NCBI GenBank assembly: GCA_050014195.1
Contig: JBEKDT010000003.1
Location: 128,001 to 192,000 of the forward strand
DNA length: 64,000 nucleotides
From: Desulfomonilia bacterium
GTDB taxonomy: Bacteria > Desulfobacterota > Desulfomonilia > UBA1062
Direction: 5' to 3'
Under the pieces are notes generated by a model. That model searched no databases. It had not been told where the DNA came from and saw nothing but the letters and a program-made list of their open reading frames with translations. The position numbers were made by a program, and so were the translations under genes. This document shows, piece after piece, positions 20,281-33,329 of this stretch (position 1 is its first letter; each line of letters starts with the position of its first letter).

Positions 20281-22352
20281 CTACTGCGTAGAAATCTTTG
20301 AGAACTTTGCCACCTTATCGAACAGCAGGACAAGCCCCTTCAGTAATGCAATGCGGTTCTCTCGGACCGCCACATCTTCGCTCATGACGAGCACCTTATC
20401 GAAGAAGCTGTCAATGGGCTCTTTGAGGCCTGCAAGCAGCTTCAAGGCATCTGTGTACTCGCCCTTCTGCGTATGGGCGGTAAATGTACCCTCCATGGTC
20501 CGGAAGGCCTTATGGAGGGCCTTCTCTTCGTCCTGAGCCAAGAGGTCAGGATTCACCTTAGCATCTGTGGCTGCCTTCTTGAGGATATTTTCCACCCGCT
20601 TGCTTGCCGCGCAGATGGACTCGAACCACGGTTCCTTGCGCATGGTTGCCAAGGCCTGCGCCCGCTGATAGGTGTCCACCGGGTCATCAAAGGTCCCGAT
20701 AACGGACTCGATCACATCACCGGGGATGCCCTTTCCCTGAAGAAGAGATACGAAGCGGTTTGCAAAAAATGCGATTGTATCATTCCTTGCCTCTTGGACC
20801 GGCCTTTTCAGTTTGGCATTGAGCTGCTTAAGCGACTCCTCAACAAGCCACGAAATGGAAATGCGGTAGCCCTTACCCAGCACGATGTTCTCAATGGCAA
20901 TAGTCTGCCTGCGCAGGGCATACGGGTCAGAGGTGCCGGAAGGGACCATGCCGATGCCGAAGCAGCCGCAGATAGTATCGATCCGGTCGGCAATGCCGAT
21001 TATGTCTCCCACTACATCCGAAGGCAGTTTGTCTTCAGCGGATGCGGGCAGATAGTGCTCTCGGATGGCAACGGCAACCTCCGGATCGATGCCCTGCCGG
21101 AGGGCGTATTCCCTTCCCATGATCCCCTGGAGCTCGGGCAGCTCGCCCACCATGAGGCTGTTGAGGTCTCCCTTGCAAAGATATGCCGCCTCTTTAACCT
21201 TATCCTTCTTGTCCGGTGCGATCCTGTCAGCCAGTGAAAGTGCTACCTGGCTGAATCGCTCTACCTTTTCATAGGAGGTCCCCAGGTCTTTATGGAAGAT
21301 CACGTCCTTGAGTCTGTCGGCATAGACCTTCAAGGGCACTTTGAGGTCCTCGTCAAAGAAGTACTTCGCATCATCCAGCCGTGCCTTGAGGACCCGTTCA
21401 TTACCCGTCCTCACCACTGAGTCGTCCTTGGGCACGATATTGCTGAAGGCGCCGAATGAGGCCTTGAGTTTGGAGCCGTCGCCGGCAGCATACATGGGGA
21501 AGTATCTCTGGTGGTGCTTCATCACCGTAACGAGGACCTCTATGGGAAGGTTGAGGAACGCCTCATCAAAGATGCCGATGATGGGATGGGGGTATTCCAG
21601 CAGGTTCACCACCTCATCGAGCAGGTCCTTGTCCAGGACCTCGGCGCCGATCTTTTTGGCTTGGTCACCCACGGCCTTCCAGATGGCTGTTTTTCGCTTT
21701 TCCAGGTCAGGGATGACATAGGCCTTCTCCAGGAGCCGCTCATAGTCAGAAGGATCTTTGACTTCGATCGGTCCCTTGGCCATAAACCTGTTGCCATAGG
21801 TGAACCTGCCTGCATGTATGTTGCCGAACTTCACGCTCAGGACATCCTTGCCGAACAGTGAGAGGATCCAGTGTACAGGCCGGGCAAACCTTACATCCGG
21901 ATTCGACCAGCGCATGGTTTTGGTAAACGGGATCTTCCCGATCATTTCTTCAAATATCCCCGGCAGTACCTCAATCATGGGTTTCCCGGGTATGGTCTTG
22001 GTGACTGAAAGGTACTCTCCCTTGGGTGTCTTGGCAATGCTGACCTCGGAGATGTCCACCCCGCAGGTCTGCGCAAATCCAAGGCCTGCCTTGGTGGGGT
22101 TGCCATCCTTGTCGTATGCAATGCCCTTGGGCGGACCCATCTTGGTTTCCACCGCATCAGGCAGGGTCTCAACCAGACCCGATATCCTCATGGCCAGCCG
22201 CCTGGGTGTAGAGAACATCTGTACCGTATCATGTTCAAGCTTGAGGGCAGAGAATTTCTCCGTGATGGAGGCCTTCATGAAGTTCAATGCAGGGACGATA
22301 AAACCCGAGGGGATCTCTTCGGTGCCGATCTCAAAAAGGAGTGTCCTCGCCA

Positions 22353-22353
<1 letters not shown>
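20281..22353 (-). CDS. glyS: glycine--tRNA ligase beta subunit
   Basis: LLFEIGTEEIP, TPRRL, GNERVLKARLDDA, SDPYALRR. Confidence 0.97.
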
Positions 22354-23213
<860 letters not shown>

Positions 23214-23224
23214 GCTCACCCCAT

Positions 23225-23935
23225 CTAGCATTGGTTCATATCCAGGTCAAGCAGCTTTGCCAGGAACATTGCGGTCTTAAGCGGCCTCTCGGATACCTTT
23301 GAGCACAGGCGCAGCAGGTATGAGGTGATCTCCCTCCTGGCCTGTGAGCTCACACTTACTCTGGAAAGAACATCCTTATCCAAACAGGATCCCTTCTCAA
23401 GGAACATACAGGCCTCTGTAGAAAGGCGCACTCGCTGTGTGCCATTGCCCGAACGGTCCATGCCCTGTGCCAGGGAATCAAAATCAATGCCGTAACCAAG
23501 GGAACGCAGAATATTCACCATGGAGATGCTCCACAACGGAAACCACTGCCTGCTGGGGTCCATGGCCGAAAGGGCGTTACGCAGGCATTCATAGGTAGTA
23601 GGCGATGGGTCATAGGGCCCGAGGTTCTGCTTGACCACCTCCAGAAGCACCGCCGAATGGCCAAGCAGCGAGAGGTCCTCGCGTATACCCAGATTCGCAT
23701 TGATCAGTATCGCCGACTCAATGCGCTGCAAATCAGAGCCGCGCCCGCGGTGGACCTCTAACGTCACCTCGCAGAAGGGTTCCAGTGTACCTGGAAATCT
23801 CTTCTTGCTCCGGTGTGCCCCTTTGGCGATGGCGGTGATGAGCCCTTGGTCCCTGGTCAGGGCATGAACGATCTTGTCCGACTCAAGGAAATCATTGGTG
23901 TGCAGTATGATGGCTTCAGTAGAGTAACGCGGCAT
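23225..23935 (-). CDS. recO: DNA repair protein RecO
   Basis: [29 protein letters not shown]; recO-glyQS synteny. Confidence 0.9.
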   Translation of the reverse strand: MPRYSTEAIILHTNDFLESDKIVHALTRDQGLITAIAKGAHRSKKRFPGTLEPFCEVTLEVHRGRGSDLQRIESAILINANLGIREDLSLLGHSAVLLEVVKQNLGPYDPSPTTYECLRNALSAMDPSRQWFPLWSISMVNILRSLGYGIDFDSLAQGMDRSGNGTQRVRLSTEACMFLEKGSCLDKDVLSRVSVSSQARREITSYLLRLCSKVSERPLKTAMFLAKLLDLDMNQC

Positions 23936-23978
23936 TTATGGCCTGCTTTTAGATAATATCAGTAAGGTTTACAGCGCT

Positions 23979-24446
23979 TCATGAAGGGGAGATGTCGGCT
24001 TCCTCCAGGCACGTAGAGACATAGCCCTGAGACAGATTACTGGTCTTCAGGTCTCCCTGAGGCGCCTGTCCGCACCTCCTTAACGAGACGGCGAAGATAA
24101 CAATGGCGATCAGGATGGCTGCAATAATGATCAGCATCAGGGGCATTACCGGTTTGTTTCGATAGGACTCAATCTTTGCCTGCTTGTTCTTTTGCTCATG
24201 AGATGCCAGGGTCTCTTCCAGATGCGCCAGGAGTTCCTCTTCATCAAAATGAAATTCCTTGCTGATAACGCGGAGGAACCCTCTCAGAAACGTCCTGGGC
24301 GGGAGCATATCAAGCTGGTCTTCCTCAAGAAATATGAGGGTCTGTGCCGAGATCTTGGTCCTCTCCTCGATCTCTTTGAGATCGATTCCTTTTCTTTCCC
24401 TCTCCCTTTTGAAATATTCTCCCAAGGTAAGCTTCTCTTCCGACAT
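23979..24446 (-). CDS. RodZ-like HTH membrane protein (short)
   Basis: LGEYFKRERE..GIDL.EI..RTKI....LE..LP...RGFLR, then one TM segment. Confidence 0.8.
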   Translation of the reverse strand: MSEEKLTLGEYFKRERERKGIDLKEIEERTKISAQTLIFLEEDQLDMLPPRTFLRGFLRVISKEFHFDEEELLAHLEETLASHEQKNKQAKIESYRNKPVMPLMLIIIAAILIAIVIFAVSLRRCGQAPQGDLKTSNLSQGYVSTCLEEADISPS

Positions 24447-24573
24447 ACCCTTCTCCTGTATCCCCCAATATCACGACCTGTCCGACCAGGCAAGGATGAA
24501 TGCGCTGTCTTGATGCAGGATTGACTCTTGAGAACATCTGTGTCTACCCTAGGAAACTTAAAAATGGGGGAAC

Positions 24574-26964
24574 ATGAACATTCACGATCTGCTTGAATCC
24601 ATCACCAAACCTTCCCGGTACATAGGCGGCGAAGTAAACCAGATAATCAAGCCGGATGATGAGGTGAAGGTGCGTTTTGCACTCGCCTTTCCTGATATCT
24701 ATGAGATCGGGATGTCTCATGCAGGTATCAAGATCCTTTATAACATCCTCAATTGCATGCCCGGCGTCTGGGCACAGAGAGTCTTCGCGCCTTGGCCTGA
24801 CTTGGCGGAACAACTTTCCCGCAAGAACATCGCCCTTACGAGCCTCGAAGAAGGCCGACCCCTCTCACAGTTTGATATCGTAGGATTTTCACTCCTGTAT
24901 GAACTCTCCTATACCAGTATGCTCGGCATGTTGAAGATGTCCGGCATCCCTCTTTTAGCAGCACAACGAACCGATATTGATCCCATTGTAATCGCCGGCG
25001 GCACATTCTGTGCGAACCCCGCCCCGGTAATGGGTTTCCTTGACCTTGTGGTGATCGGCGACGGCGAGGAGATCGTACAGGAGATGGCAAAGATATGTAT
25101 GGCCACGAAAGACAGGTCTGAGCGTGTCAAGGCCTTTTCAGAGATTCGGGGGGTATACCGTCCTGGTGATACTGCAAAACCCAAAAGGAGGGTGCTGCCT
25201 GACCTTGACCTCTTCCCTTTCCCTGGTTCTCCCGTCTTACCCCATATAGGAATCGTCCACGACCGCATCGGCGTGGAGGTGGCCAGGGGATGCACGCGAG
25301 GGTGCCGTTTTTGCCAGGCAGGCATGATCTACCGTCCCTATCGTGAGCGCTCATACCAATCGGTGATGGACTCCTACCGGCAGGGTCTCGCTGCAACAGG
25401 TTATGACATCGTTGCCATGATGGCCCTTTCCATGACCGACTTGAGTTATTTAAACGAACTCATTGAATCGGTCCATTGCCCGTCCCGAGAGATCTCGGTG
25501 AGCATCCCATCATTGCGGGTGGAAGGTATCACCCGCAGGGTGGCCGACCTCATTGCCTCGGTCAAGAAACCTGGATTCACCATGGCACCCGAGGCTGCCA
25601 CAGAGAGGTTGAGGGCCGTGATCAACAAAGGCAACACCGAAGACGACTTGTTCAGGAGCGCATCGCTGATCAAGGAACTTGGATGGCGATCATTGAAGCT
25701 CTACTTCATGGTAGGACTCCCCTCAGAGGAAGATGCGGATATCGAAGCCATCTGCACGCTGTCCCGTAAGCTCGCTAAGGCCTTTCGAGGCAATCTCACC
25801 ATCAGCATCTCCTGCTTCATCCCTAAGGCATTTACCCCGTTCCAGTGGGAAGAACAGGCCTCCGCCACCCGCTACCAAGAGTTGTTGAACCGCCTTCAGA
25901 AACACCTGCGCCACCGGAGCATCACCCTCAAATGGCACGACCCGAGGCTGTCTTTCTTGGAAGGGGTTTTCGCACGTGGCGATGAGCGACTCTCACAGGT
26001 CCTTATGGAAGCACATCGCCGTGGCGCCTATCTGGACGGATGGAGTGATACCCTCCATGAGCATGCCTGGGACGAGGCCTTTGAGGCAACGGGGATCGAT
26101 CCTTCATCATATCTTGCACAAAGGAGAAGGGAGCAAGTGCTCCCCTGGGACTTCATCGATATGGGCATTAAAAAGGGCTTCCTGCTCTCGGAGCGCATGC
26201 GCGCCCATGGTGCGAAGCCTACCGTTGACTGTAGGGATGGGGAATGCAGCGGTTGCGGCGTTTGCTCTGAAGGACTTATGAATATCCTTCGCCCTAAGCA
26301 GGAACCCATTCACCTTTTTCAGGAGCCATCAGCCCATGGTGTATATCCCTATGTAATCGGCATCACCAAGGAGCAGGGGTTGAGGTTCCTATCCCCAAGG
26401 GAATTCCAGGAGATGATCAGAAGGGCCATCAGGAGAGCCGGCCTTGAAGCAATCTACTCCCAGGGCTTCAGTCCTATCATGAGGCTCAGCACCACACCTC
26501 CCACCTCCTACGGTATCGCCTCCAAATGCGAATATATCCAGATAGAAATCAAGCACCCACTAATTCCCCTGGAGATCTCCTCGCGCATCAATACCCACCT
26601 GCCGCCGGGCGCATCTGTCATCGCCTGCACTGAGGGCCGCCTGAGACAGGTGAAAGCCTTTACCTACAAGACCCTCAGACCTTTTTCTCTCACCCTCCCT
26701 CCCGATGCATGTGTTATTAAGGAAGGCACGTCTTTGCTTGTGGCAGATTATCTCGAATATTCAGACCCCCATACCCTAAGAATCGCATTTAGAAAGGGCA
26801 GGACTATTTCACCGGTGCTGCTCCTGGAAACCTATTCGCAAGACAAGCTCAGACTGGAAGAGATCATCAAAACCGAGACCCGGTTTGTTGAGGATAAGCC
26901 CAGAGAGATGTCTCCTGAGGTCGATGCACAAGATAGTGCTTCATCCAGAGACAATCAGGAATAA
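24574..26964 (+). CDS. TIGR03960-type B12-binding radical SAM protein fused to a TIGR03936/DUF2344-like domain
   Basis: KPSRYIGGE, FPDIYEIGMSH, RGCTRGCRFCQAG; C-terminal RFLS...RAIRRAG..YSQGFSP. Confidence 0.88.
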   Translation: MNIHDLLESITKPSRYIGGEVNQIIKPDDEVKVRFALAFPDIYEIGMSHAGIKILYNILNCMPGVWAQRVFAPWPDLAEQLSRKNIALTSLEEGRPLSQFDIVGFSLLYELSYTSMLGMLKMSGIPLLAAQRTDIDPIVIAGGTFCANPAPVMGFLDLVVIGDGEEIVQEMAKICMATKDRSERVKAFSEIRGVYRPGDTAKPKRRVLPDLDLFPFPGSPVLPHIGIVHDRIGVEVARGCTRGCRFCQAGMIYRPYRERSYQSVMDSYRQGLAATGYDIVAMMALSMTDLSYLNELIESVHCPSREISVSIPSLRVEGITRRVADLIASVKKPGFTMAPEAATERLRAVINKGNTEDDLFRSASLIKELGWRSLKLYFMVGLPSEEDADIEAICTLSRKLAKAFRGNLTISISCFIPKAFTPFQWEEQASATRYQELLNRLQKHLRHRSITLKWHDPRLSFLEGVFARGDERLSQVLMEAHRRGAYLDGWSDTLHEHAWDEAFEATGIDPSSYLAQRRREQVLPWDFIDMGIKKGFLLSERMRAHGAKPTVDCRDGECSGCGVCSEGLMNILRPKQEPIHLFQEPSAHGVYPYVIGITKEQGLRFLSPREFQEMIRRAIRRAGLEAIYSQGFSPIMRLSTTPPTSYGIASKCEYIQIEIKHPLIPLEISSRINTHLPPGASVIACTEGRLRQVKAFTYKTLRPFSLTLPPDACVIKEGTSLLVADYLEYSDPHTLRIAFRKGRTISPVLLLETYSQDKLRLEEIIKTETRFVEDKPREMSPEVDAQDSASSRDNQE

Positions 26965-27114
26965 GCGCTCTTTTCCCGGTAAACAACGGCAACAAAATGG
27001 GGCTCCCTTACGATATGTATGAATCATGACGTTATAAGGCCTTGATGTCCTTTATCTCGGGCTTTATGTAAGATCAACAAGCCCTATGTGTAAAACCCGG
27101 TCAGGAGGCATGAA

Positions 27115-29538
27115 GTGGACAATCCGTCAGACAAGCCCAAAGGTATCCTGGAAAAAGGAATTCAGATTCAGACTTCTCGCAAGGGATGCCCTCATTGCTC
27201 CCCCGCATCAGGACAACTTGAGTACATTGATCCTGTGTGCATGATGCGCACAACAGACAAAGATGCTTACATTCCCTATGAATATAAGGGGTCAACATAT
27301 TACTTCTGCAATCCCAAATGCCTGGAGAAGTTCAAGAATGACCCTCAAACATATATTGCCAAGCTCTCTGGTCCGAACCTCTCCATGACACAACCACCAA
27401 CCATGATGCAGGGAGATGCCCCGGGGAAATACACCTGCCCGATGGACCCGGAGGTCATCACCGATGGACCGGGCATCTGCCCCAAGTGCGGCATGGCTCT
27501 CGAGCCTTTGGCCCCTTCTTTGGAAGAAACCGAAAACCCTGAATATATCGACATGAAGAGGCGGTTTTTCTTTGGGCTCGTATTGACCATCCCTCTTATG
27601 GTTATTGCCATGCGTCATATGCTGCCCGGCCATCCCTTTGAAGGCATCGCATCCGAAAAGACCTTTATATGGACGGAGCTTCTCTTGGCGACTCCTGTGG
27701 TACTCTGGGCAGGATGGCCTTTCTTTGTTCGTGCTTGGATGTCTTTGAAGACAAGGAACCTCAACATGTTTACCCTCATCGGCATCGGCGTAGCCGTGTC
27801 TTTTGGCTACAGCCTTGTCGCAAGTCTTCTCCCGAATATCTTTCCGGCAACGCTGAAGGGCAAAGAGGGGACTGTGGGTGTTTATTTCGAGGCTTCTGCC
27901 ATGATCGTCACCCTTGTCCTTTTGGGCCAAGTACTTGAGCTCAAAGCGAGAGCCCGCACGGGTGAGGCTATCAGGTCCCTCTTGAGGCTTGCGCCAAAGA
28001 CAGCCCGGATCATCAGGGAAGACGGGGGGGAAGAAGATATCGCACTCGATATGATCCATCACGGTGACAACTTGAGGGTGAGGCCCGGGGAAAAGGTCCC
28101 CGTAGATGGAATCATCCTGGAGGGCGCAAGCGCTCTTGATGAATCCATGATCACGGGCGAGCCCATACCTGTGGAAAAATCAAAGGGTGACAAGGTTGTG
28201 GGGGCCACGGTGAATGGGAACGGCTCTTTTATTATGAAAGCCGAGAAGGTCGGCAGCGAGACGCTTCTGGCACAGATCGTTCGCCTCACCATCGAGGCAA
28301 GCAGGAGCAGGGCACCTATCCAACAACTTGCCGATATGGTGGCTTCGTATTTTGTCCCTGCGGTTTTTGCCGTCTCTCTTATCTCTTTTATATTATGGAT
28401 GATTATAGGGCCGGAGCCCAGGCTGCCCTATGCCATCGTATCAGCAGTATCGGTCCTTATCATAGCCTGCCCATGCGCTTTAGGCCTCGCTACACCCATG
28501 TCCATCCTCGTAGCCACAGGCATGGGGGCGCGTCTCGGTGTTCTTTTCCGTGATGCCGAGGCCATCCAGTCCCTTGAAAAAGTCGACACTATGGTAATAG
28601 ACAAGACCGGGACGCTCACTGAAGGCAAACCTACACTCCACACGATTATTCCAAGTGGTACATTTGACGAGACCAAACTCCTCTATCTGGCCTCAAGCAT
28701 CGAAAAGGGCAGCGAGCATCCCTTGTCTCAGGCCATCGTGCAGGCTGCCATTTTGCGTGGGATCCAACCGACTTCCCATACGGAATTCACCGCCCATATC
28801 GGTAAAGGTATTACCGGTATTGTGGATGGTTATAGGGTTGCATTAGGAAACGAGCGTCTGTTAGAAGACCTCCACATAGAGCCCGGATGGTTACATCCCC
28901 AGGCAGAGCAGCTCTCAAGCCAGGGTGCTACCGTGATGTACATTGCCGTTGATCTCAAGGCGCAAGGGGTCATTGCGGTCTCCGATACCATAAAGGAAAC
29001 ATCTACGTCTGCAGTACATATGCTTGTCCAAGATGGCCTTCACCTGGTCATGCTCACGGGCGATAGAAAAACCTCTGCAGAAGTAATCGCCAAGAAACTG
29101 GGTATCCACCATGTCATTCCGGAGGTATTACCTACAGAAAAGGCTGCCGTGATCAAAGCTTTTCAAGAACAAGGCCGCCTGGTCGCCATGGCAGGAGACG
29201 GCATCAATGACGCCCCGGCCCTTGCTCAGGCGAACGTGGGGATTGCTATGGGAGGAGGAACGGATATTGCCATCCAGAGCGCACATGTTACGCTCATTAA
29301 GGGAGATCTAAGGGCCATTGCCAGGGCGCGGCTCCTGAGCAAGGCAACAATGCGCAATATCAAGCAGAACCTCTTTTTCGCCTTTTTCTACAACATCGCC
29401 TGTGTGCCCATTGCAGCAGGGATACTGTATCCCTTCTTCGGGATCATCCTGTCACCCATGATCGCGGCTGCCGCCATGAGCTTAAGCTCCGTGTCCGTCA
29501 TCACCAATGCCATGAGATTGAGAAATTCCGACATCTAA
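27115..29538 (+). CDS. copA: copper-translocating P1B-type ATPase with YHS and metal-binding N-terminal domains
   Basis: DPVCMM..YYFC..C (YHS), [47 protein letters not shown]. Confidence 0.93.
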   Translation: MDNPSDKPKGILEKGIQIQTSRKGCPHCSPASGQLEYIDPVCMMRTTDKDAYIPYEYKGSTYYFCNPKCLEKFKNDPQTYIAKLSGPNLSMTQPPTMMQGDAPGKYTCPMDPEVITDGPGICPKCGMALEPLAPSLEETENPEYIDMKRRFFFGLVLTIPLMVIAMRHMLPGHPFEGIASEKTFIWTELLLATPVVLWAGWPFFVRAWMSLKTRNLNMFTLIGIGVAVSFGYSLVASLLPNIFPATLKGKEGTVGVYFEASAMIVTLVLLGQVLELKARARTGEAIRSLLRLAPKTARIIREDGGEEDIALDMIHHGDNLRVRPGEKVPVDGIILEGASALDESMITGEPIPVEKSKGDKVVGATVNGNGSFIMKAEKVGSETLLAQIVRLTIEASRSRAPIQQLADMVASYFVPAVFAVSLISFILWMIIGPEPRLPYAIVSAVSVLIIACPCALGLATPMSILVATGMGARLGVLFRDAEAIQSLEKVDTMVIDKTGTLTEGKPTLHTIIPSGTFDETKLLYLASSIEKGSEHPLSQAIVQAAILRGIQPTSHTEFTAHIGKGITGIVDGYRVALGNERLLEDLHIEPGWLHPQAEQLSSQGATVMYIAVDLKAQGVIAVSDTIKETSTSAVHMLVQDGLHLVMLTGDRKTSAEVIAKKLGIHHVIPEVLPTEKAAVIKAFQEQGRLVAMAGDGINDAPALAQANVGIAMGGGTDIAIQSAHVTLIKGDLRAIARARLLSKATMRNIKQNLFFAFFYNIACVPIAAGILYPFFGIILSPMIAAAAMSLSSVSVITNAMRLRNSDI

Positions 29539-29559
29539 GATGCTCATACTCGGAAATGC

Positions 29560-29588
29560 TTGTATATTGGCATTGCCAGGCATATAAT
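29560..29588 (+). promoter_or_regulatory. sigma70 promoter of the two-component operon
   Basis: TTGTAT-17 nt-TATAAT; spacer contains the dyad TGGCATTGCCA. Confidence 0.6.
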
Positions 29589-29650
29589 CTGGCTCGTCTC
29601 ATCTTGAGCGGAGGAGATTTTCCGCTTTAGAAAAGGCCTTACATATTGAA

Positions 29651-32578
29651 ATGGTGAAGCCGGTGGCGAATACAGTGGATCAGAACAGATTTGTACGTTT
29701 TTTACGCGGATATCTTCCTTGGTATACGGCAGCCTTTGTCGTACTCTGGGCCGGTGTCTTCTTCTGGAATATTTCCCACGTGCCCGGTATTCTTTTCACA
29801 CATACATCCCCATTCTCCCGCTTTTGGTTAGCCTTTATAGAGAGCATCTTCGTCCTATTACTGGGATGCGTTGGGCTCGTCATCATTCTAAAGGCCATTT
29901 ATAAACAAGGAGTTAACCGGCAGGACACATCATTGGAAGAGGCCTTTTCCCAGGCATTCATTAAGACCTCGACTTCTTTTTCCGTGGCCATAGATAAAGA
30001 CGGCCACACACGAATGATGAACGAGGCCATGCTCACTGAGCTTGGCTATACAAAGGAGGAAATCCTTTACACCGACTATCTGAATACCTTCGTTCCGGAG
30101 CGGGAAAGAACCAAGGTAGCATCGGTGTTCAAGGCCATCATGGAAAAAGATGCGCCCGTGGTATCACAGAATTACATTGTGGCAAAGGACGGTCATGAGG
30201 TTCTTGTCCACTGGAACGGCAGACCTTTTTATAAGGAAACCGGAGAGCTCGATTTCTTTTTCGGTACCGGCATCGACATCACCGAATGGAAGAAGACCGA
30301 AGAGGCCCTTGCCGCCAGCAAAAGTCGGTACCGTCTTTATGCGGAAAATATGCGCGATGTCCTTTGGGTATTGGACAATAACCTTCACTTTGTCTACATC
30401 AGCCCATCAGTGGAGTCGAGCTCGGGATATTCGGTGCAGGAAGCCTCCCATGTACCGCTCGAAAAGCTCTTCACACCCAAGTCATATCGGAGAGTTATCA
30501 GAATCATCGAAGATATCAAAGGGCGTCTCGCGAGGGGAGAGCATATCGATCCCCAAACATCCCTTACCATAGAGCTGGAGGAGGTCTGCAAGGATGGGTC
30601 TACCCGATGGACAGAGGTTATAGCAAGTCTTCTCAGGGACGATTATGGCAATCATGTGGGGTATCTCGGTATTGTCCGCGACATCAAACAGCGCAAACAA
30701 ACCGAAGAGGCCTTGCGTCAAAGTGAGGAAAAGTACCGCAATATCCTTGAAAACATTGAGGAGGGTTATTATGAGGTGGGTCTTGATGGGATCTTCATCT
30801 TTTTCAATGATTCCCTGTGCCGTATCTTGGGAAGTACCAGGGAAGAACTTTTAGGGATGAACTATGGCAGTTTCGTGAATGAGGAGCATGCACGTGAGAT
30901 CTATAAAACCTTTAACTCGGTCTTAAAAACTGGCATGGATTTGGAGTCGGCCGAGTGGGAGTTCACCAGGAAGAGTGACGGGCGTAAGATCTTTATCGAG
31001 AGCTCCGTCTCCCGCATCCTTTCCAAAAACGGAGTGTGCACTGGTTTTCGCGGCATCGTCCGGGATGTCACAACCCGTGTGAAGTCTGAGAAAGCCCTCA
31101 TGGAAAGTGAGCAGCGGTACCGCCTGCTTGCAGAGCACGCCAATGACATCATCTGGACCGCGGATCTTAACTACAATTTCACCTATGTCAGCCCATGGGT
31201 GAAGCATGTAGCCCGCACGACGGTTGAAGATATGATGAAGTTCACCATCAGGCACGTCATGAACCAGGAGACTTTCGAGAAGATTCATAACGATTACAAA
31301 GAGATTTTAATACGTATTCGCCGGGGAGAGCAATCGGTGGATACGGTTAGGAGATATGAATTCGAACACCTCCGCGGGGACGGCACCATATTCTGGGCGG
31401 ATACCATTGCATCGATCCTTTTCGATAATAACGGGAACCCCATTGGTTTTGTGGGGATAACAAGAGACATTACCGAACGGATCAAGGCCGAGGAAGAGAT
31501 CAAAAAGAACGAGGCCAAGTATCGAACCATCCTCGAGAGTATCCAGGAAGGGTATTATGAAGTGGATCTCAATGGAAATTTCACTTTCTTCAATGATTCC
31601 GTATGCAGGATCTCGGGATATTCCCCTGCAGAGATCATCGGCTCAAATTACTGCACCTGTACGAACGAGGATACGGCACGAAAGATCTACCAGCTGTTTC
31701 ACAAGGTATTTCTCACCGGTAACCCGGATAAGGGCTTTGATTGGCAGGTTTTAAGCAAAGATGGTTCAAAAATAGATATTGAGAGCTCAGTTACCCTCAT
31801 GCAGGATGCACAGGGAAATCCCATAGGATTCAGAGGGTTGATACGCGATATTACCGAACGCAAACAGGCAGAAGAACACCTGAGACTCTCCCGGGAACAA
31901 CTCAGGAATCTCCACATACATACCCAGGAGCTTCGTGAGCAGGAACGCGCACGAGTGGCCCGGGAGATCCACGACGAGCTGGGGCAGGTGCTCACTGCCC
32001 TAAAGATGGACCTGTCCTATCTCTCTCGCAAACTGCCCCGTGAACAGGGCGCCCTGCAGGTAAAGGCCGGCAGCATGATAAAATCCATCGATGCCAGTAT
32101 AGAATCGGTGCGGAGGATCATCATGGACTTGCGACCCGGCCTGCTCGATCATCTGGGACTCGTGCCCGCCATTGAATGGCAGGCCGAGGAGTTCAGCAAA
32201 CGAACAGGCATCGAGTGCAGCATGGACATCTCCCCCCAGGAAATATCTCTGGATCGCGTGAACTCCACTACAATATTCCGCATCTTCCAGGAAGCACTCA
32301 CCAACATTGCACGCCATGCCCAAGCCGCCATGGTAGAGATCTCACTCAGTGTCCAAGACGCACACCTTACGCTCCGCATCCACGATGACGGGATCGGCAT
32401 CACAAAAAATCAGATTGATAACCCCAGATCATTTGGGCTAATGGGAATGAGGGAACGATCGCTGTTTTGTAATGGAACCTTTTACGTATTCACAGAAGAA
32501 ACAGGCGGGACAACCGTCATCGTAGATATCCCGCTGTCGGAAGCGAGAAAGATTGATGATACGGGTACTGGTAACTGA
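29651..32578 (+). CDS. membrane-anchored 5-PAS sensor histidine kinase (HisKA_3, NarX/UhpB-like)
   Basis: Two N-terminal TMs; five PAS/PAC units each ending in a DIT/DIK/DVT motif; ERARVAREIHDELGQ, LRP, QEALTNIARHA, DDGIG, FGLMGMRER. Confidence 0.93.
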   Translation: MVKPVANTVDQNRFVRFLRGYLPWYTAAFVVLWAGVFFWNISHVPGILFTHTSPFSRFWLAFIESIFVLLLGCVGLVIILKAIYKQGVNRQDTSLEEAFSQAFIKTSTSFSVAIDKDGHTRMMNEAMLTELGYTKEEILYTDYLNTFVPERERTKVASVFKAIMEKDAPVVSQNYIVAKDGHEVLVHWNGRPFYKETGELDFFFGTGIDITEWKKTEEALAASKSRYRLYAENMRDVLWVLDNNLHFVYISPSVESSSGYSVQEASHVPLEKLFTPKSYRRVIRIIEDIKGRLARGEHIDPQTSLTIELEEVCKDGSTRWTEVIASLLRDDYGNHVGYLGIVRDIKQRKQTEEALRQSEEKYRNILENIEEGYYEVGLDGIFIFFNDSLCRILGSTREELLGMNYGSFVNEEHAREIYKTFNSVLKTGMDLESAEWEFTRKSDGRKIFIESSVSRILSKNGVCTGFRGIVRDVTTRVKSEKALMESEQRYRLLAEHANDIIWTADLNYNFTYVSPWVKHVARTTVEDMMKFTIRHVMNQETFEKIHNDYKEILIRIRRGEQSVDTVRRYEFEHLRGDGTIFWADTIASILFDNNGNPIGFVGITRDITERIKAEEEIKKNEAKYRTILESIQEGYYEVDLNGNFTFFNDSVCRISGYSPAEIIGSNYCTCTNEDTARKIYQLFHKVFLTGNPDKGFDWQVLSKDGSKIDIESSVTLMQDAQGNPIGFRGLIRDITERKQAEEHLRLSREQLRNLHIHTQELREQERARVAREIHDELGQVLTALKMDLSYLSRKLPREQGALQVKAGSMIKSIDASIESVRRIIMDLRPGLLDHLGLVPAIEWQAEEFSKRTGIECSMDISPQEISLDRVNSTTIFRIFQEALTNIARHAQAAMVEISLSVQDAHLTLRIHDDGIGITKNQIDNPRSFGLMGMRERSLFCNGTFYVFTEETGGTTVIVDIPLSEARKIDDTGTGN

Positions 32579-33236
32579 TGATCATCCTATAGTTCGGGAG
32601 GGCGTCAAGCAGATACTCTCAGAGACAACCGACATTGTCGTGGCTCAAGAGGCATCCACAGGCCAAGAGGCCATAGCGTATTTATGGAAAAACGATTTTG
32701 ACGTAGTCCTTCTTGACATATCCATGCCCGGCCGTGACGGGCTCGAGACCTTGAGAGAACTGAAGACCATCCGTCCCAAAACACCTGTCCTCATCCTGAG
32801 CATCTACCCTGAGGAGTATTATGCAGTAAGGGTATTGCGCGGCGGCGCATCAGGATATGTAACCAAGTCGAGCGCACCCGATGAGCTCATTTCAGCCATA
32901 CGGAAGGTTGCCTCCGGGGGTAAATACATCAGCCCGACCCTGGCCGAGCGCCTGACCTATGAACTCGACAAGGACTTGAGTCGCCCGTTGCATGAGTCAC
33001 TGTCAGATCGTGAATACCAGGTAATGCGGATGATCGCCTCGGGAAAGGCCATCAAAGAGATTGCAAGCGAGCTCTGCCTGTCCATCAAGACAGTAAGCAC
33101 TTATAGGGCCCGCATTTTTGAAAAGCTGGGCATCAAGAACAATGCAACGCTGGTCTTGTATGCACTTCAGAACAATCTTATTGACGGCCGGCACTTGCCG
33201 GTAAGGCCCGAACAGGAAGGACCCGCCGAGGAATAA
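32556..33236 (+). CDS. NarL/GacA(UvrY)-family response regulator
   Basis: DDHPIVREG, LDISMPG, GASGYVTK, LSDREYQV...LSIKTVSTYRARI LuxR HTH. Confidence 0.93.
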   Translation: MIRVLVTDDHPIVREGVKQILSETTDIVVAQEASTGQEAIAYLWKNDFDVVLLDISMPGRDGLETLRELKTIRPKTPVLILSIYPEEYYAVRVLRGGASGYVTKSSAPDELISAIRKVASGGKYISPTLAERLTYELDKDLSRPLHESLSDREYQVMRMIASGKAIKEIASELCLSIKTVSTYRARIFEKLGIKNNATLVLYALQNNLIDGRHLPVRPEQEGPAEE

Positions 33237-33309
33237 CCCGCCCAGGATCAGCAGTACATCAATCCTCACTGGGTATCCACCGGATTTATAGAAGAAGGAC
33301 TTCTCTTTG

Positions 33310-33329
33310 CTGTAAGATATGTCTTACAG
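33310..33329. promoter_or_regulatory. GacA/UvrY-type palindromic operator
   Basis: CTGTAAGA-TATG-TCTTACAG contains TGTAAG-N6-CTTACA. Confidence 0.75.

Noticed and set aside
26965-27114. Expected CueR/CsoR operator upstream of copA
   Set aside because: No convincing dyad found by eye.
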